DNA of 64,000 nucleotides. Origin: Oopsacas minuta. Its lineage: Eukaryota; Animalia; Porifera. The notes beneath the pieces were generated by a model. That model saw only the letters and a list, made by a program, of their open reading frames with translations, did no database searches and had not been told where the DNA came from. The position numbers and the translations under genes are program-made. Location: positions 132,259 to 196,258 of the forward strand of contig JAKMXF010000332.1 in assembly GCA_024704765.1 (NCBI GenBank). Reading direction: 5' to 3'. Positions 25,015 to 38,141 of the stretch are shown piece by piece (positions within the stretch are counted from its first letter, which is position 1; each line of letters starts with the position of its first letter).

Positions 25015-27714
25015 CAAGCAGGATTCTATCTAGGATTGTAAATTTGGGGGGAAGCTTTGAAATCCTTAGTACCCAATTATCAAAATATTATAACCTTGAA
25101 GTAAACACCAAACATTTAATCTAATTCTTAATAATGAAGATTTCTATCGTTAGTAAAACATGAAAGGGTCGCTCACAAATTGATTTTTCTAATTTTCATT
25201 CCTTTATAATGCTCCAATACTGCCTCTAAATTTTCATCAGATAGGTGTTCAGGACCTTCAACACATATGCGCATGCAATAATCAAGTGTCTCTTCACTCA
25301 TTCGGCTGCGAAGTCTCGTTTTTATTAATTTCATATTGCTGAAACTCCTTTCGACTGTGGCTGTTGTCACTGGTAATACTTCCAAAATAGCGGCTATCTT
25401 TGCCAAGTTTGGAAATGCAGCATATATCTCTCCATTCCCAAGCAGTCTTGAGAGTACAAATTGTAAGAACCTACCTTTGTACTCTAGGAAAATTAAGCGT
25501 CGAAACAATTTCCACTCTGACTCAGTTTCTTTAGCTTCGATGTCAGGATGTGATATACCTTCGTCTCCTTCTACATTGATCCTTTGTTCTACACTATAAA
25601 AATCCGTGAGTGTCTTAATCTGTTCCATTCCATACTCTGATATTCGTCTTCTGTACCAGGAAGATGGCGAGGGTCAAAAACAGACATGGCTGAAATGAGT
25701 TCAGTAGACTCCAACCGGACATTAATATGATCTATGACACTTTGGAGGTATGGTCGATACACCTTGTGAAGAAATTCACTCTTCTCTTCTTCCAATACCA
25801 CGATGTGTTTCTCTCCTAATTGAGCATCATCAGTAAAAACCAAAGAATGTTCCTTGAACCATGTGCTGCTTGTTACATCTTCTTTGAGCTCCAGCAGCCG
25901 TTTAGTAGTACTAGCGACCATCGATGGCACACTCGCAAGATCAATATCCTTGGCTTGTAGACTTCCTTGCAATTTCGCTACGATATGAACATCTGATAGC
26001 ATGTAAATACATGCGACAGTCTTGTACTTCAATAAGAGAGTTGCAATTCCATGTGATTCTGCATCCCCAGTTTCTGCGTATATCTCTTCAAATGTACTGA
26101 CCAAAGCTGGTAAACTCCGTCGCACAACAGACACAGCTCTCTCACGGGCTAACCACCGAGTATCGCTAGGCTTCTGCATTTTGATTTCAGGAGCCTGAAG
26201 TTCAGCTTGAATCTCAGCAAGTTTCCCAGCTTTTTTGGGAGAAAAGTGAAAAGCCTTCCAGATTGTTAATAGTGTACCCAAAACTCTCTTCACTACTGTA
26301 TGTTCTGATGCAGCATTAAATGCAGCAAGTTGGAGCTTATGGCAGCGACAGTGCACATAGATAGAGCTTGGTGGATGTAATCTTAGCTGTATTTGAATAC
26401 CACTTCTGTGACCCGATATAGTATTTGTACCATCAAAACCAAGTCCACGCATCTTATCAAAACAAATGTTTTTGGAATGAAGAAAAGTTCGAAGGTAACA
26501 AGCGATCGCTTGAGCATTTTTCTCCTTCACATGCAAAATTCCAAGAAAAAGTTCTACTGGTTTATTTTCTTCTATCCAACGTGCACATACTGACAACTCT
26601 TCTTGTGATGCTACATCCGTACTTTCATCTACCATTAATGAATAATACGGGCTAGCACTGAGCCTGGTGATGATCCTCTTCTCGAGTACATTGCTAATAC
26701 TTGAGAGAAGTTCCACTATTGTGGTATATGATTCATATGTCGCATTGTGTGGACACTTCTCTCTGTGAGTTTTCAGTATGATGCCCCATTCTCAATTTGT
26801 AAAGTAATGAGATTTTCAAATGTAGTTGTATGGGGGATATGATGCTTAACCAAGAAATATAAGGATCGGATAAGCTTTTTCATAATGTCACGGTTCTGTT
26901 TCTTCTCCTCCGCAGTGGCTGCTTCCAATTGTTCCATTACATTACCATGTTCCTCTGTTGATTGAGACATAACCATTCTTTCGATCGCTGCTGTGTCCCA
27001 ATCAGATTTCTCATGTTGTATTAGCAAACTTTTCGCCTTCACCCAATTGTTTATAGGTCTTGTCACCCATGCACCTCTCGCTGTACCGGTGGTTTACCAT
27101 GGACCTTACAAATCATACACACCATACCATTTTGGGATGAATCGTAGTCCATCCAAGTATATTCATTCTTCCAAGTAGGATTATAAACTAAGTTGTCCTT
27201 GTAGGCTCGCATTTTTTTGGCTGTTTTAGAAGCGCATGGAGTAGAAACAATCGCATCTTCCTCTGGTGGTTGTGGTTCAGACTCAGATATATTGTTGCAA
27301 TCCGAAATATTTCTTTTAGTTCCTCGAATGATAACAAATTTATCCATGTGGTAACACTGGGTTAATCAATTATTACCTATGTGAAGTTAACAAAAAGAAT
27401 TTTTTCCGCTGAATTATACCTCAAGAATTCGTACATCACTAATATATAGGCGGCTGGATAGTGGGAAGCTGTACTTTCCAACATATGTTATTATTTCGCA
27501 GTTGCAAATTGCATGAAATGTGATTCAGGTTTCCCACATATTATTCATTTACACTTCAAATAGTATTTTCACAATGAATTGATATTCTAATAATTTATCC
27601 ATTGAATAATATATTGCGATTAATAGTACATTTTATGAGATTTTTGTGGGGGAAGTTGAAGAGTTTGGGGAGGAAGCTTCCCCCCCACCCCCCCAGTAGA
27701 TAGAACCCTGCTTG
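25015..27714 (-). mobile_element. hAT DNA transposon (ZMYM1/ZNF862-like transposase), ~2.7 kb
   Basis: TIR caagcagg(a/g)ttctatcta at both ends and G/C-rich subterminal tracts. No convincing TSD. Confidence 0.88.
25173..27347 (-). pseudogene. hAT transposase pseudogene in four frameshifted ORF pieces
   Basis: WKNEYTWM...CMICKVH (TTF-type Zn finger), YSLMVDESTD, GFDGTNTISG, YVHCRCHKLQL, SDTRWLAR, and TTATVERSFSNMKLIKTRLRSRM (hAT dimerisation). Confidence 0.92.
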
Positions 27715-29629
27715 ACAAGTATAAAATGTACAGTTCTGCTGTAGACCAGAATCACACAAACCATGGATGCATAGTACCCATGCTGGTTTCAAACACTATT
27801 ATTTTTGATAGGACACTTATATATCTCAAAAGAATGCCCCAACTTCCATCCTGTTGCATCATGCAGAATCACACTAACCGTGAACATTTCTATGACTTAT
27901 ATTCTAGTTTCACTCACTACTATTTAGACAGAATGTGAATACTCAGTTGGTCCAATCACCATACTGTTACGCTACGCAACCAGATGTCCTGATGCCAACC
28001 GTCAGTTAATCATCACTTTATTGTATTGACATAAATAAAGTTCTGTAGCAAAGAAATCTGAGGTGGTTGATCATTCGGACCAATATGCTCATTTTAGTCC
28101 AGAGTAATTATAGACTCAGTACTAAATAACAGGCTCGAATAATCGCTGAAAGCACATTTTCAGGACTACCATAGAACAAATTTGTTAATACTACCAGATT
28201 AACCCGATTAATCGAAAATGTATAGCAATATATATTAATCCAGTAGTGTGCGAAATTTAAATAATTGATAACAATTACTCATGGTTAGTGGGATTCTAGC
28301 ATGATGTAGCTAGTTTGCGGATTCAGTAAGAGATGGAGGTTGGACATCCCGTTGAAATATAGATATTCTCTCAAAGGACTAGTGTGGGAAACTTGCATGG
28401 GTAGTATGTATCCATCGTTTGTGTAATTCTAACATACAAGATCTTCATCATCAATATATTTTACGCAAACAAATGATGCAAATCAAAAATTTGAAAATCC
28501 ATAATCAAGCTGTGACAGCTTAGGCATATGTGTTGGTAGTACAATAATAGAACGTAACTCACACAGTTAATTTACTAGGCATCTCAATATTATTAGGCAG
28601 TCTCTACTTGAATCCCATACCATGGATGTTTAAAAGGAAATTGAGTTAGCAATGACGAAAGTCCCACATTTTTGAAAGGACTTCCTTCCATTTAAAAAAA
28701 ATTACTGAAAAAGTAAAACAGACCATAAGGAAAATAAACTAGGCCTGTACAAATGCTACCGTGAAGTGAGATTGTCATGTCAGTGTATACATTTGTCCTT
28801 GATGTCGACAAACTTAAGTGAATCTGAAATCAGTTAGTACGGGTGTTTACAGCAATAATTCGTAAAATGATGCGTAGTGTGATTTCAAATTTCGCATTCA
28901 AATCAAACAACATTTCAAGTAAACAATTGAAATTGAATAAACGCATTATGGTACCTATATCCCTATATCCAATGTATTTACAAATGAGATCAAAATAATT
29001 GATGAAATTATATTTCCATAGGTTGAACCACTGTGGCATGGATGCAATATGGCCTATGGACTCCTTAACTATAACTTCCCAATCTGAATTATCAAATTTA
29101 ATGTCCGACCCTAACCGATTGCTAAAGAGACAATGGACTTAAATTCGAAGATCCGAACCTGAGCGCCAAGGGTTCATATTTATAGGGGTAAAAGTATGAT
29201 TACTAGCTATAATAATAAGCTAAGCCAATGCGAAAATAAGGAAATAAATTATAAATATCACGGTATCAGTTGATATTCAAAAGGATCTACCTTCGTAGGA
29301 CTCAGCTGAAACAAAGGTTGAGAAGAGGGTCAAAGGAATTTCTAAGGGAGAATATAGATCCACATCCAATGCATTTTACTCAATGATATTCGGGTGTATT
29401 TCCACACAGCCCTCTTTGACCTTCAAAGAGGAAATCAAGACCGAGACACTTCACCAAGAAACATTACAAACGGCAACAACAAAATGTCAAGGGATTATTC
29501 TAAGGTATTAACCCAATTCAGCACATTAAACTTTACTCTTTAATAAATGAAATATAAATAACCACACATAAAATATACACTATCAAATTTCCCGGTAAAA
29601 GGGACAATGTCACGTATCGCGAAATAGCT

Positions 29630-30219
29630 TCACAGACCAAATTCATTCTTTAAAAGAGTGGAAATCTCCTCTTCAGCAACAAATCTAAGGTAAGTAATTT
29701 TACCCTCCGTCAGCTCAGAAAATTCAGAAGGATTATCCCTGGAATAGTCTTCCAAAATATCCTCAATTATATGCCTTTTAATGCAAACTATTTGTTTTTG
29801 ATCATTTGGATAACCATTTTTACTAATTGCACTTTGAATTCTATTTGAATTAATTAGGGAGAGAATCTCATACTTTGCAATGAGAGTGCACTCATCATGA
29901 ATAGAAGTGTTTCGGAAACTTGGTTGAGCAATGTATCTTACCTTCTTTTCTAAAAAGTTTGGATGCTTTCGCTTGTAAATTACCCTCCTTAACCCTTTAG
30001 AAGTAGGTAAATAGATTGTTTGCAATGGTTTGACAACGATACCTTCAGCTAAATTAGAACGATTGACTAATTTTGGAAGAGAAAACAAAGCTGGTATGGT
30101 GGTTTGAAAGTCCAAATCATAATTCTGAGCATGAACAAGCTTTCCACAATAAAGGGACCTACAGCAAAGAATTGTGAACCTTTGGCACAGATCAATAACT
30201 TTATCCCAGTCTAAGTAAA
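29630..30219 (-). CDS. Rnl2/RNA-editing-ligase-family ATP-dependent RNA ligase, terminal exon (195 aa, 5' part missing)
   Basis: The frame extends from the ORF track to an acceptor ttttttAG (30220-30221): YLDWDKVIDLCQRFTILCCRSLYCGKL...DFQTTIPALFSLP...NLAEGIVVKP (motif IV; T4 Rnl2 AEGYVLKP) ...RRVIYKRKHPNFLEKK (motif V; T4 RVAIKCKNSKFSEKK) ...NSNRIQSAISKNG...EDILEDYSRD (Rnl2 C-domain; T4 TLNRVNNVISKIG...QDILEETSRE). No stops. Comparison sequences are recalled. Confidence 0.85.
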
Positions 30220-33200
30220 CTAAAAAATGAAATATATAAGTAATCTATGCAAAGATATTTGAAAAAAGGATAGATACAAAAATTGAGTAATGCGGTTATA
30301 TAAATGTTTGTAGAATTAGATTATAAAGTAGTGATATCAAAATTGTCAAATATTTCATGTACGACTGATGAAGGATACTAGATAAGTTATGTAATTCAAT
30401 TTGTTCAAACATACAACAAACTTCAAATTTAGCCTCAAATTTGGAATAATTCAACATCTAAATAGGAAATTTCAAGAGCTAGCTCCAGTAAAATGAATTT
30501 GTCGACACTCTCCCTTTATCGCATAATTCTTCAAAACTATGGTGATGCAAAATAGAGCCCAAATTCGCTCAAAGGCCAATTTTATCTCCTGACTTAAGAT
30601 ATCAAGTGTGAACCCTATAAGTGAGGATTACCTTAAGTTTAGGGATGTATATCCATCTCCACGAATGGTAACAGAGACTATCGAGAGTTCACATTGGAAA
30701 GTTACATACTACCTGCTGCATTCTCTTTTCCTAGCTCTCGTGACTCCTGACTGTTTCCTAAACTTTAAGGAAATCCAAATTTCAAGCGATGAGAGTAAAA
30801 TCAGTGGTTTGTGATAGATTAGCACCCCAGAGAAAAGTGCAAATGAATGCAAAAATGTACATGTGAAGTTAGTGGCTTACTGGAACATATTCAGATACAA
30901 ACTTATCTAACACCATTTGTAAACATGAAATACATCGTCCTCTACCCTTGCAAGTTTAAAATCGACTTGTAGAAGGCCCGGAAGGATTATTGATAATGGA
31001 TGTCATGGATTTGAATAACATAAATCTATTAATCACTAGATTTTCGATGTATTTAGATCTACAATATAAAAAGTCCATGGATTTGGGATTAATTTGGGGC
31101 TCTGACACTAGCTAGGGATGCGGATGTTCTAATACTTATTGATTCCTCACCCATATTTACATTTTGAATGCTCGAAATCGAGGTATCATTGAGAGCATGG
31201 TCAAGGCTGGATATGAAGTAATGGGGGCCTGTTGTATGACAAATTTACTACCATGACAGTTTTACTACCTAACCACTGTCCTTAGTTCAGTTTAACTGAT
31301 ATTAGCTAGAAACTTGTGGAAACTTCGTATGGACCATACTTATGACATTCTAATTTCAAATTCTTGTGAGTTGTTTGGCTATTCACCATACGCGTCCGCT
31401 CACCGTGTAGAGAGGTTATTTGCTGAAACACATCCTGCCAAATGGACACCTTGGAATTAGGACATCTTGCCGAAAGGATATCTTGCAGAAACTAAATGTA
31501 ATTTTATTATTTCTCAGATATTTCAATAATAATCTAGTAAGTAGAGTATCAAGCAAAGATTCAATGAATCTTAGCCCTGGGTATTGTCTTTTTGGCCAAC
31601 CCTTGGTTGTTGCGAGGTGTACTTTGAACGGTTATTCCAAGTAGTGGAAGGGTTTTCACCTAATAGTATATAAACAAGCGTTAAATGTTGTATTTATGTT
31701 TATACGATATTCGCTCTTATGAGAACTCATAAAGCTAGAGCATAATTAGAATATTACAGATTTTGTCGATTCATGTAAAAGCTCCATTTCTAAATTGGCT
31801 GAGTTTCTCATTACTGCCAGAATTCTTTTAGGAACATGACAAACACCTGGATGTCGCAGCAACTTCGCCATATAGTATAATGCTTAATGGACAGGGTGTT
31901 TCACTGATGCTGCCATCAAATAGATTGATAATACTCCGAAAATGGTTGACTATTCATTTATCTTCCGTTAATGATGTTGTTTAGCACTTATTGTCATTTC
32001 GATAAAACTGCTTATCATATTAGTTTTTCATAAATGAAAAGGTTTTCCTATCCTATGTGGCAATAACCATCAAATTATCCCAATCACAGGTAGAATGTAT
32101 GCAATTTAGTTTCGTGCACGATTAATGAAACAGCATGCACATAATAACACAGAACATTTAAAGTTTGAAGTTGTATGACGGGGAAAGTGTCAAGACACTT
32201 TCTAAAAGCAAGTATTGAAAGGAATATCCAGTACCTAAGGTTTTTAGAAAATTTTAGGATAGACATAGAAATTCGAGCTAAAGGATACAAGGATTTTTCC
32301 ATTCGGCGCCAGAGGAGCAGGCTCTTAGATAGAAATTACGTTTAAGAGTATGCGTATATTGCGTTCCTAAATGTATATAAATAGATAATCTCCTATATAC
32401 TAATCCTATACAGGTATCCCTCGCCGTTCGAGGTAGTTAAGTTCCGTTAACGACAAATTCGCGAACGGCGAGAAATAGCTTAATGAGAATAGTGACCTTA
32501 CGTTCACAGATTTCAGGAGCTGAGGTGAATTTCCTAAGGGTCTACTAACAGAATTGTTTCGAATTAGCTGGGTGCTTGTTTCTTGGAGCCAAATCCATAT
32601 GCTTATTGATACGTAACATAAGGTGAATCAATGAAACAAGAACTATGTCCGGTCATCTTTACATGCAGGGAAAGTAGGCATGTCCAGAATTGATTGAAGA
32701 AACTGGAAAGCCCATGTGCTGATTTTTGGCATACTAGGGTATTTTGGGACTCGCTTGGGCAGGTTCGAGTCTTGGACAAAAATTCACGGCCAATAACGAA
32801 ATAGTGACATCATGTCACCTCTAGGATTCAGAAATCATAATATTAACCACTCCTTAGCCAATATACATGATACAAGTTTGATATTAGAATCACAGGTTTT
32901 TCTCAATGTGACAAAGTTCTGATTTCATGATTTTTCCATAAATGCAAAATCATCATGGGATTAGTGAGTCATCATGACTGTTTATAATCAAATTTCCCCA
33001 AATTTAGAAATTTTTTGAGAATTTCATATATTTTAGACAAGAAGTTCCCAGATTACGAACCAAAGGCAGCTAAGAGATGCACTATTAACATTGCATGCCA
33101 TTAAATGGAGCATGGTGGGACCAAGGAAATATATAGCGTAAATTTCGGCAAAAACTTTACCTCGACACAGGTAGTGCTGAGACATCCTGTCGCGTAGCGA

Positions 33201-34664
33201 TCTAAAGCATCAAGAAACCTATCTATTTGATACTCAAGCTAACCTGAGGTACTATCCTTATCGCAGCGACCTAGCAAGCAAACCGCGCTTGTACAGATAA
33301 ATTCGCTTTGAAATTAATCCATTATTTAAAAATTCATAAATATATACTATATCGGACAAAATACGTTCAACAGATTTTCGAATTCTATACACCCTCAAAT
33401 GAAATAATACTGGGCAAATGTGACAAAAATTTTAAATTCAAAAGCCAAATTCCGTTTGTTTCAGATGGGAATTTAGAATTAACAATTTATGCACTGACTT
33501 AAAGACAAATACCCGATGTGACAACATAAACTGTGGGTAAAATTACCAGATTGCAACTGTAGTTATTTAACTATATTTTTGATGAATGTATTTAATGATT
33601 GAAGGTGCACGAATATGAGTCCTCAAAATTTGCCCATTAGAAAACATTTGAAGTTAAATTTCAAAAGTCCACTATTTCGTCGGATATTTCAATCGTCTAC
33701 ATACGTCTGAAATTTTGTGGCTAGATAGCATTTTTGGTCCTAATTGGGTCCGTTTTGACACATCTAGAACGATAAATATAACAGAAAAGAAATCAGAACA
33801 ATTCCAAATAATCTAATGATTTATTACCTAAAATTCAAATTTCACCAGGTAGGCGAATTCCTGAAGTTGGTATTATCCACAAATTAGCGATCCCGATTGA
33901 AATTAATCATGATGATTATGGAGTTATAATAGATTACCCAATAATTGTGTGATCTATGTATCTAAGGTACCTGAAGAATTATCCAACTTTTGCAATGATG
34001 TACTAAACAGTCGCGCAGCTGCCCAGTAAATGAAGCTTGGCAGAGTGAAAAAATTTTCTGAGTTTTTGAATCTCTTAAAAGAATTTTGGTGAATTACGAT
34101 GGTCTTGTCAGATAATTGTTAATATTTTTAGGGAACAGGGGTAGTTAATGTAACTTGATACATTCTATCACACCCAAATCTATAAACGTTAAAGTTAATG
34201 TTCCTTATATCTCCTTGAATGCTATATTCCATTTCCAATTTCACTTCAGGTAACAGTTTGGTTACAGTTTCGAAGCTGTATATATTTCCGTATCAATCCA
34301 ATAAGCTTTCAACTAATTTCTCCAGATCTTTTACATATAATTTCAACAACATAAGATGATATTTCACAATTAGATAAGTGTTTAGTTAGAGCAGTCAGTT
34401 ACTAAAACAGAAATTCTCTGAATTCATGATGAAATCTCGAAATATTGGAGTGTCATAACAGTATTACTATAAGACCGAAGATTTGAAACTTAGATATAAT
34501 CGTTGGTATGTCCATGAGAACGACTCACAAATCAGTGATTTCACCAACATCCTCCGAAATCGGAGGATGTTGGTAAAATGACTGGTTACGTTGAACTGAA
34601 ATTGCCCCAATGATATGTTCAGATTTCATTCTTAAGGATCTGTAGTGCACCAAATGCATAAATA

Positions 34665-35960
34665 CCGAGTGTTCAATAAGTTCTCGGAAAAGATGTTTCC
34701 ACGGCAGTGAACTAACAAGTTACTATAATGAATGTTCAAAATATTCCACATTAGTATCAATACACCTTTGACAGCGATGTAACCACATGTTAAATAGCTT
34801 AAAATAGCTACTTACTGGTATACACTCAGCTGCCTCTAAAAACGCAGCGATTAGCTCGGATTCTGATTCAAAACGTCTGCCCTTAAGTTGTCTTTTTATA
34901 TTCGGGAACAGCCAAAAATCACAAGGGGCAAGATCTGGACTGTAAGGGTGGATGTTCAACCATTTCTAAGGCTGATTGCCTAAGAAACTCTTTGGTCCTT
35001 CTGACTCTGTGTGCTGGAGCACTATCATGATGAAATTTCATCCTACGATCCCAGACTTTGGTCTCAACGTCTCCACTGCTTCGAACACTTTAGGAAGGCA
35101 ACAATCGGTATACCAAGCTGCAGTAACTGTATGCTTCGCTTGAAGCATCACAAATTCAAGAAGTGCTCTCGTGGCGAAGAAAATTGCGAACATTCACCTG
35201 CCGACCGCCATGAATCGTTTGGGAATTGTGTCCGGTACCTCCTCTTCAAAGATCCATTTAGAGCTCTGTTGCTTCGTTTGCATGTCATAGAAGTAGACCC
35301 AAGTTTCATCACTCGTTATTACTTCTGAATGCCGCCGAGAATCTGCTTTCGAGTACTTTAGTAACATAGAGCGACAAAATTGGATACGACGATTTTTCTG
35401 CTCCAAAGTTAGCAAATGTGGGACTAACTTGGAACAAACCTTTCTTACAAGGTGTTGGTGTAGGATGTTTCTAATGTTCCCGATGATACATGCATCGTGA
35501 ACTAACTGACGGATAGTAATTTGTCTGTCCTCTCTTACCAGTTCCTCCACTTTGATGATATTTTCATCGGTGGCCACCGTAATCTGATGTCCGGTTCGAA
35601 CATCATCATCCAAGCACATGTAACCCAAACGAAATGGGCTGTACCACTTGTAAATGCTTGTTTTGGTTGGAGACTGTTCTTCAAAAACAGAAAACATGTC
35701 AGTGATCACTCCATAGTGTTTGTTCCACGTTTATAGTTGTAAAATATTATTGCTCGGAAATCCCTATTATTCAAATTCTCCATTGAAAATTCAAAATTTG
35801 AAAATGACTTGACTAAATTGAGTGTAACAGAAAAAGTAAACTACTTAGAATGTTGAAATTTATCTACTATTCACTCGCTAGCTATACTACTTATAGTTAA
35901 TTAACATTAACGCTACCAAATGAACTTTATATAGATTCCGCGAACTTATTGAACACTCGG
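34665..35960 (-). mobile_element. mariner element, 1296 bp, defective transposase ~34723-35783
   Basis: TIRs ccgagtgttcaataagttc(t/g)cggaa with TA flanks. Motifs ITSDETWVYFYD and HPYSPDLAPCDFWLFP. Confidence 0.94.
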
Positions 35961-36970
35961 TATTTCAATTAATTGATATGCTACGCCTGCTGGTTGTTTT
36001 GAAGTTAACAAAAGTAAATCACAATACATAGTCAGGAGGTCTTGATGAGCAGGATCCATAATTGGTGAATACACTAAGTGAACCAGTCAATTTACAAATT
36101 GAACGAAAATTTGACGAAATATGTAAACTGATTTTACAAATTGAGTATATCGTATTTAACGAGGTCATATTGACCCCCCATATTTGGTAAAGAAATCTTA
36201 GGTATTATTGATTCATCAGAGTATATCCAAATTTTCCTGTACTAAGACGTTTTGAATATAAATGGTCAAGCTCTCACTCAAGGATTAATAAAATTCTATT
36301 GACGATAATAATTTACTTCTCAATAGTAAGAACTGTCAACTCTCCAATGTTTTGTCTAAAATTATTTAGTATTTTCATATGTAATTCATTATTGTTGAAA
36401 AGGAAATAGTATTTACGGGGTGTATAGCATAGTTCCATATTTCGAAAATTCTTGTTGTTTTCGTTTGGCAGTTATTACACCTTTTCATAAGTATATTGCA
36501 ATAAATCGTTGTCCCTGGTCTAAAATTTCAAAAGCCTCATTGCTTTAGTATATAGAATGCTATAGATAAGCCAAATGTGTCGATAGACTCCAAATGTACA
36601 TGTTCCCTTCAAAAGATTACGTTTTGGCGTTCGAACTTAAGCAATTTCTGAATATTTAGTAATATATCACATAAATATGTAGCAAAAGGTATGATTACTG
36701 TAAAACGCTAAAAGAAGAAATTTTTAAATTTATGCCACCATGTGCAATATACTCCGCATATACAACATGCACTTTAACAATAATACACTTTATAACAAAA
36801 ACTAAACAGTTTTAGCGAGAATAATGTCACGAATTTGATGGCAGGAATTAGAGAGTTTGATTTGGGTAAAATTGTACAACAAATTGAAGACATAAGGAAG
36901 TTGATGAAAATATACAAAGATTTTTAGCTATAAAATTTGTTTAACAAGCTGTGACAACATTTTGGGAAAC

Positions 36971-37606
36971 AATGTTGATGTTGCAGTCTAAATCTGAGTT
37001 TGATGTACTCGCAATCACACTGGTGTACTCATAATCACACCAACCTATTGGTGTAAGTGCGAGCTTCGAATAGCATCAATATTGGGTAAATTTTAATTAC
37101 TGATCTCTGCTATATGGAATATAAGTAATCCTAATTAGAGATAATTAGGGTTAGGTACTAACAATAAACTAGCAATCACCCTACGCATAATACTATGCAT
37201 AATGGAACTACAAAAAATTCTAAAGTGATTCGATTGAGGTTAAGGATGATTCTTATCTAGATTCAGTCCCTGGGTTAAACATCTTGAAGCTTTAAATATA
37301 ATTATTTCCCAAAGATTATTCGCAGAATTGAGTATTTATACTTGGATATATCAAAAAGTCATCTATGTACCAAATTAGAAATGGGGAAATACTCATCAAC
37401 ACATGCGTAAACTGTGTTTGATAAACATCAAACTAGCCAAATCAATGATGTCATCTACAGTGACTTTCATTCCATAAAATGAGTTACGGAAAACAGTGAA
37501 TACGCAATATACCTATAATGATTCTATTTAAAGCTCGCACCTACACCAATAGGTTGGCGTGATTGCAATCACACCAAACTCGCATTTACACTGCAACATT
37601 GACATT
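36971..37606. mobile_element. ~640-bp foldback MITE with ~110-bp TIRs
   Basis: aatgttgatgttgcagtctaaat...ccaacctattggtgtaagtgcgagct (36971-37070) is the reverse complement of ~37530-37606. The left arm carries a ~20-bp internal duplication. Confidence 0.7.
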
Positions 37607-38141
37607 CTTGTGGAATAGAATATTTCAATGTGCAACGAAATTTCAGAAGAGAATTCGGATTCTGAACAATCTTTCATATATAATTATGTGGTGGTAATCT
37701 ACATGAACCAAGAAGGAACACATACTAATCTATGAATTATGATTTTTTCCAGTTTAGCGTTCAGAATTATTAAAACCATAGCAAACTAAAGATAAGTCCT
37801 GATCACTGAGTCAATGTTTACTTGATCAGGGATAAAATGAAATAGATATATTTAGATAGGAAATTCTATAATCGTCGATAATGTGTAACTGGGACACTTT
37901 CACCCAAACAAAAATATTATGATATGAAAGAAGTCACAAAAGCCACATTTGTGAGGAATTGCTGATAGAGAGTCATCACTACTAGTGTAGCTGACAAATA
38001 TGTAATACAAATGTTCCATCTTGGATAATGTTGAAAGTTAATTAAATATTTATGTTCAAAATATTGAAATACCAAATGATCTAAAACTGTTTCTATAAAT
38101 ATACAAAAATTCTCATTATAAAGATAGCATTTTTGAATGTA

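Noticed and set aside
29295-29550. Convergent plus-strand terminal exon with AATAAA at 29542 overlapping the ligase ATTAAA
   Set aside because: All three frames give partial open stretches and none has recognisable homology. Such hexamers are common in AT-rich DNA.
31200-31480. Candidate upstream Rnl2 motifs (HGSKF on minus at ~31255; ELFG on plus at ~31370)
   Set aside because: The first lacks the catalytic lysine context and is preceded by a stop. The second is on the wrong strand.
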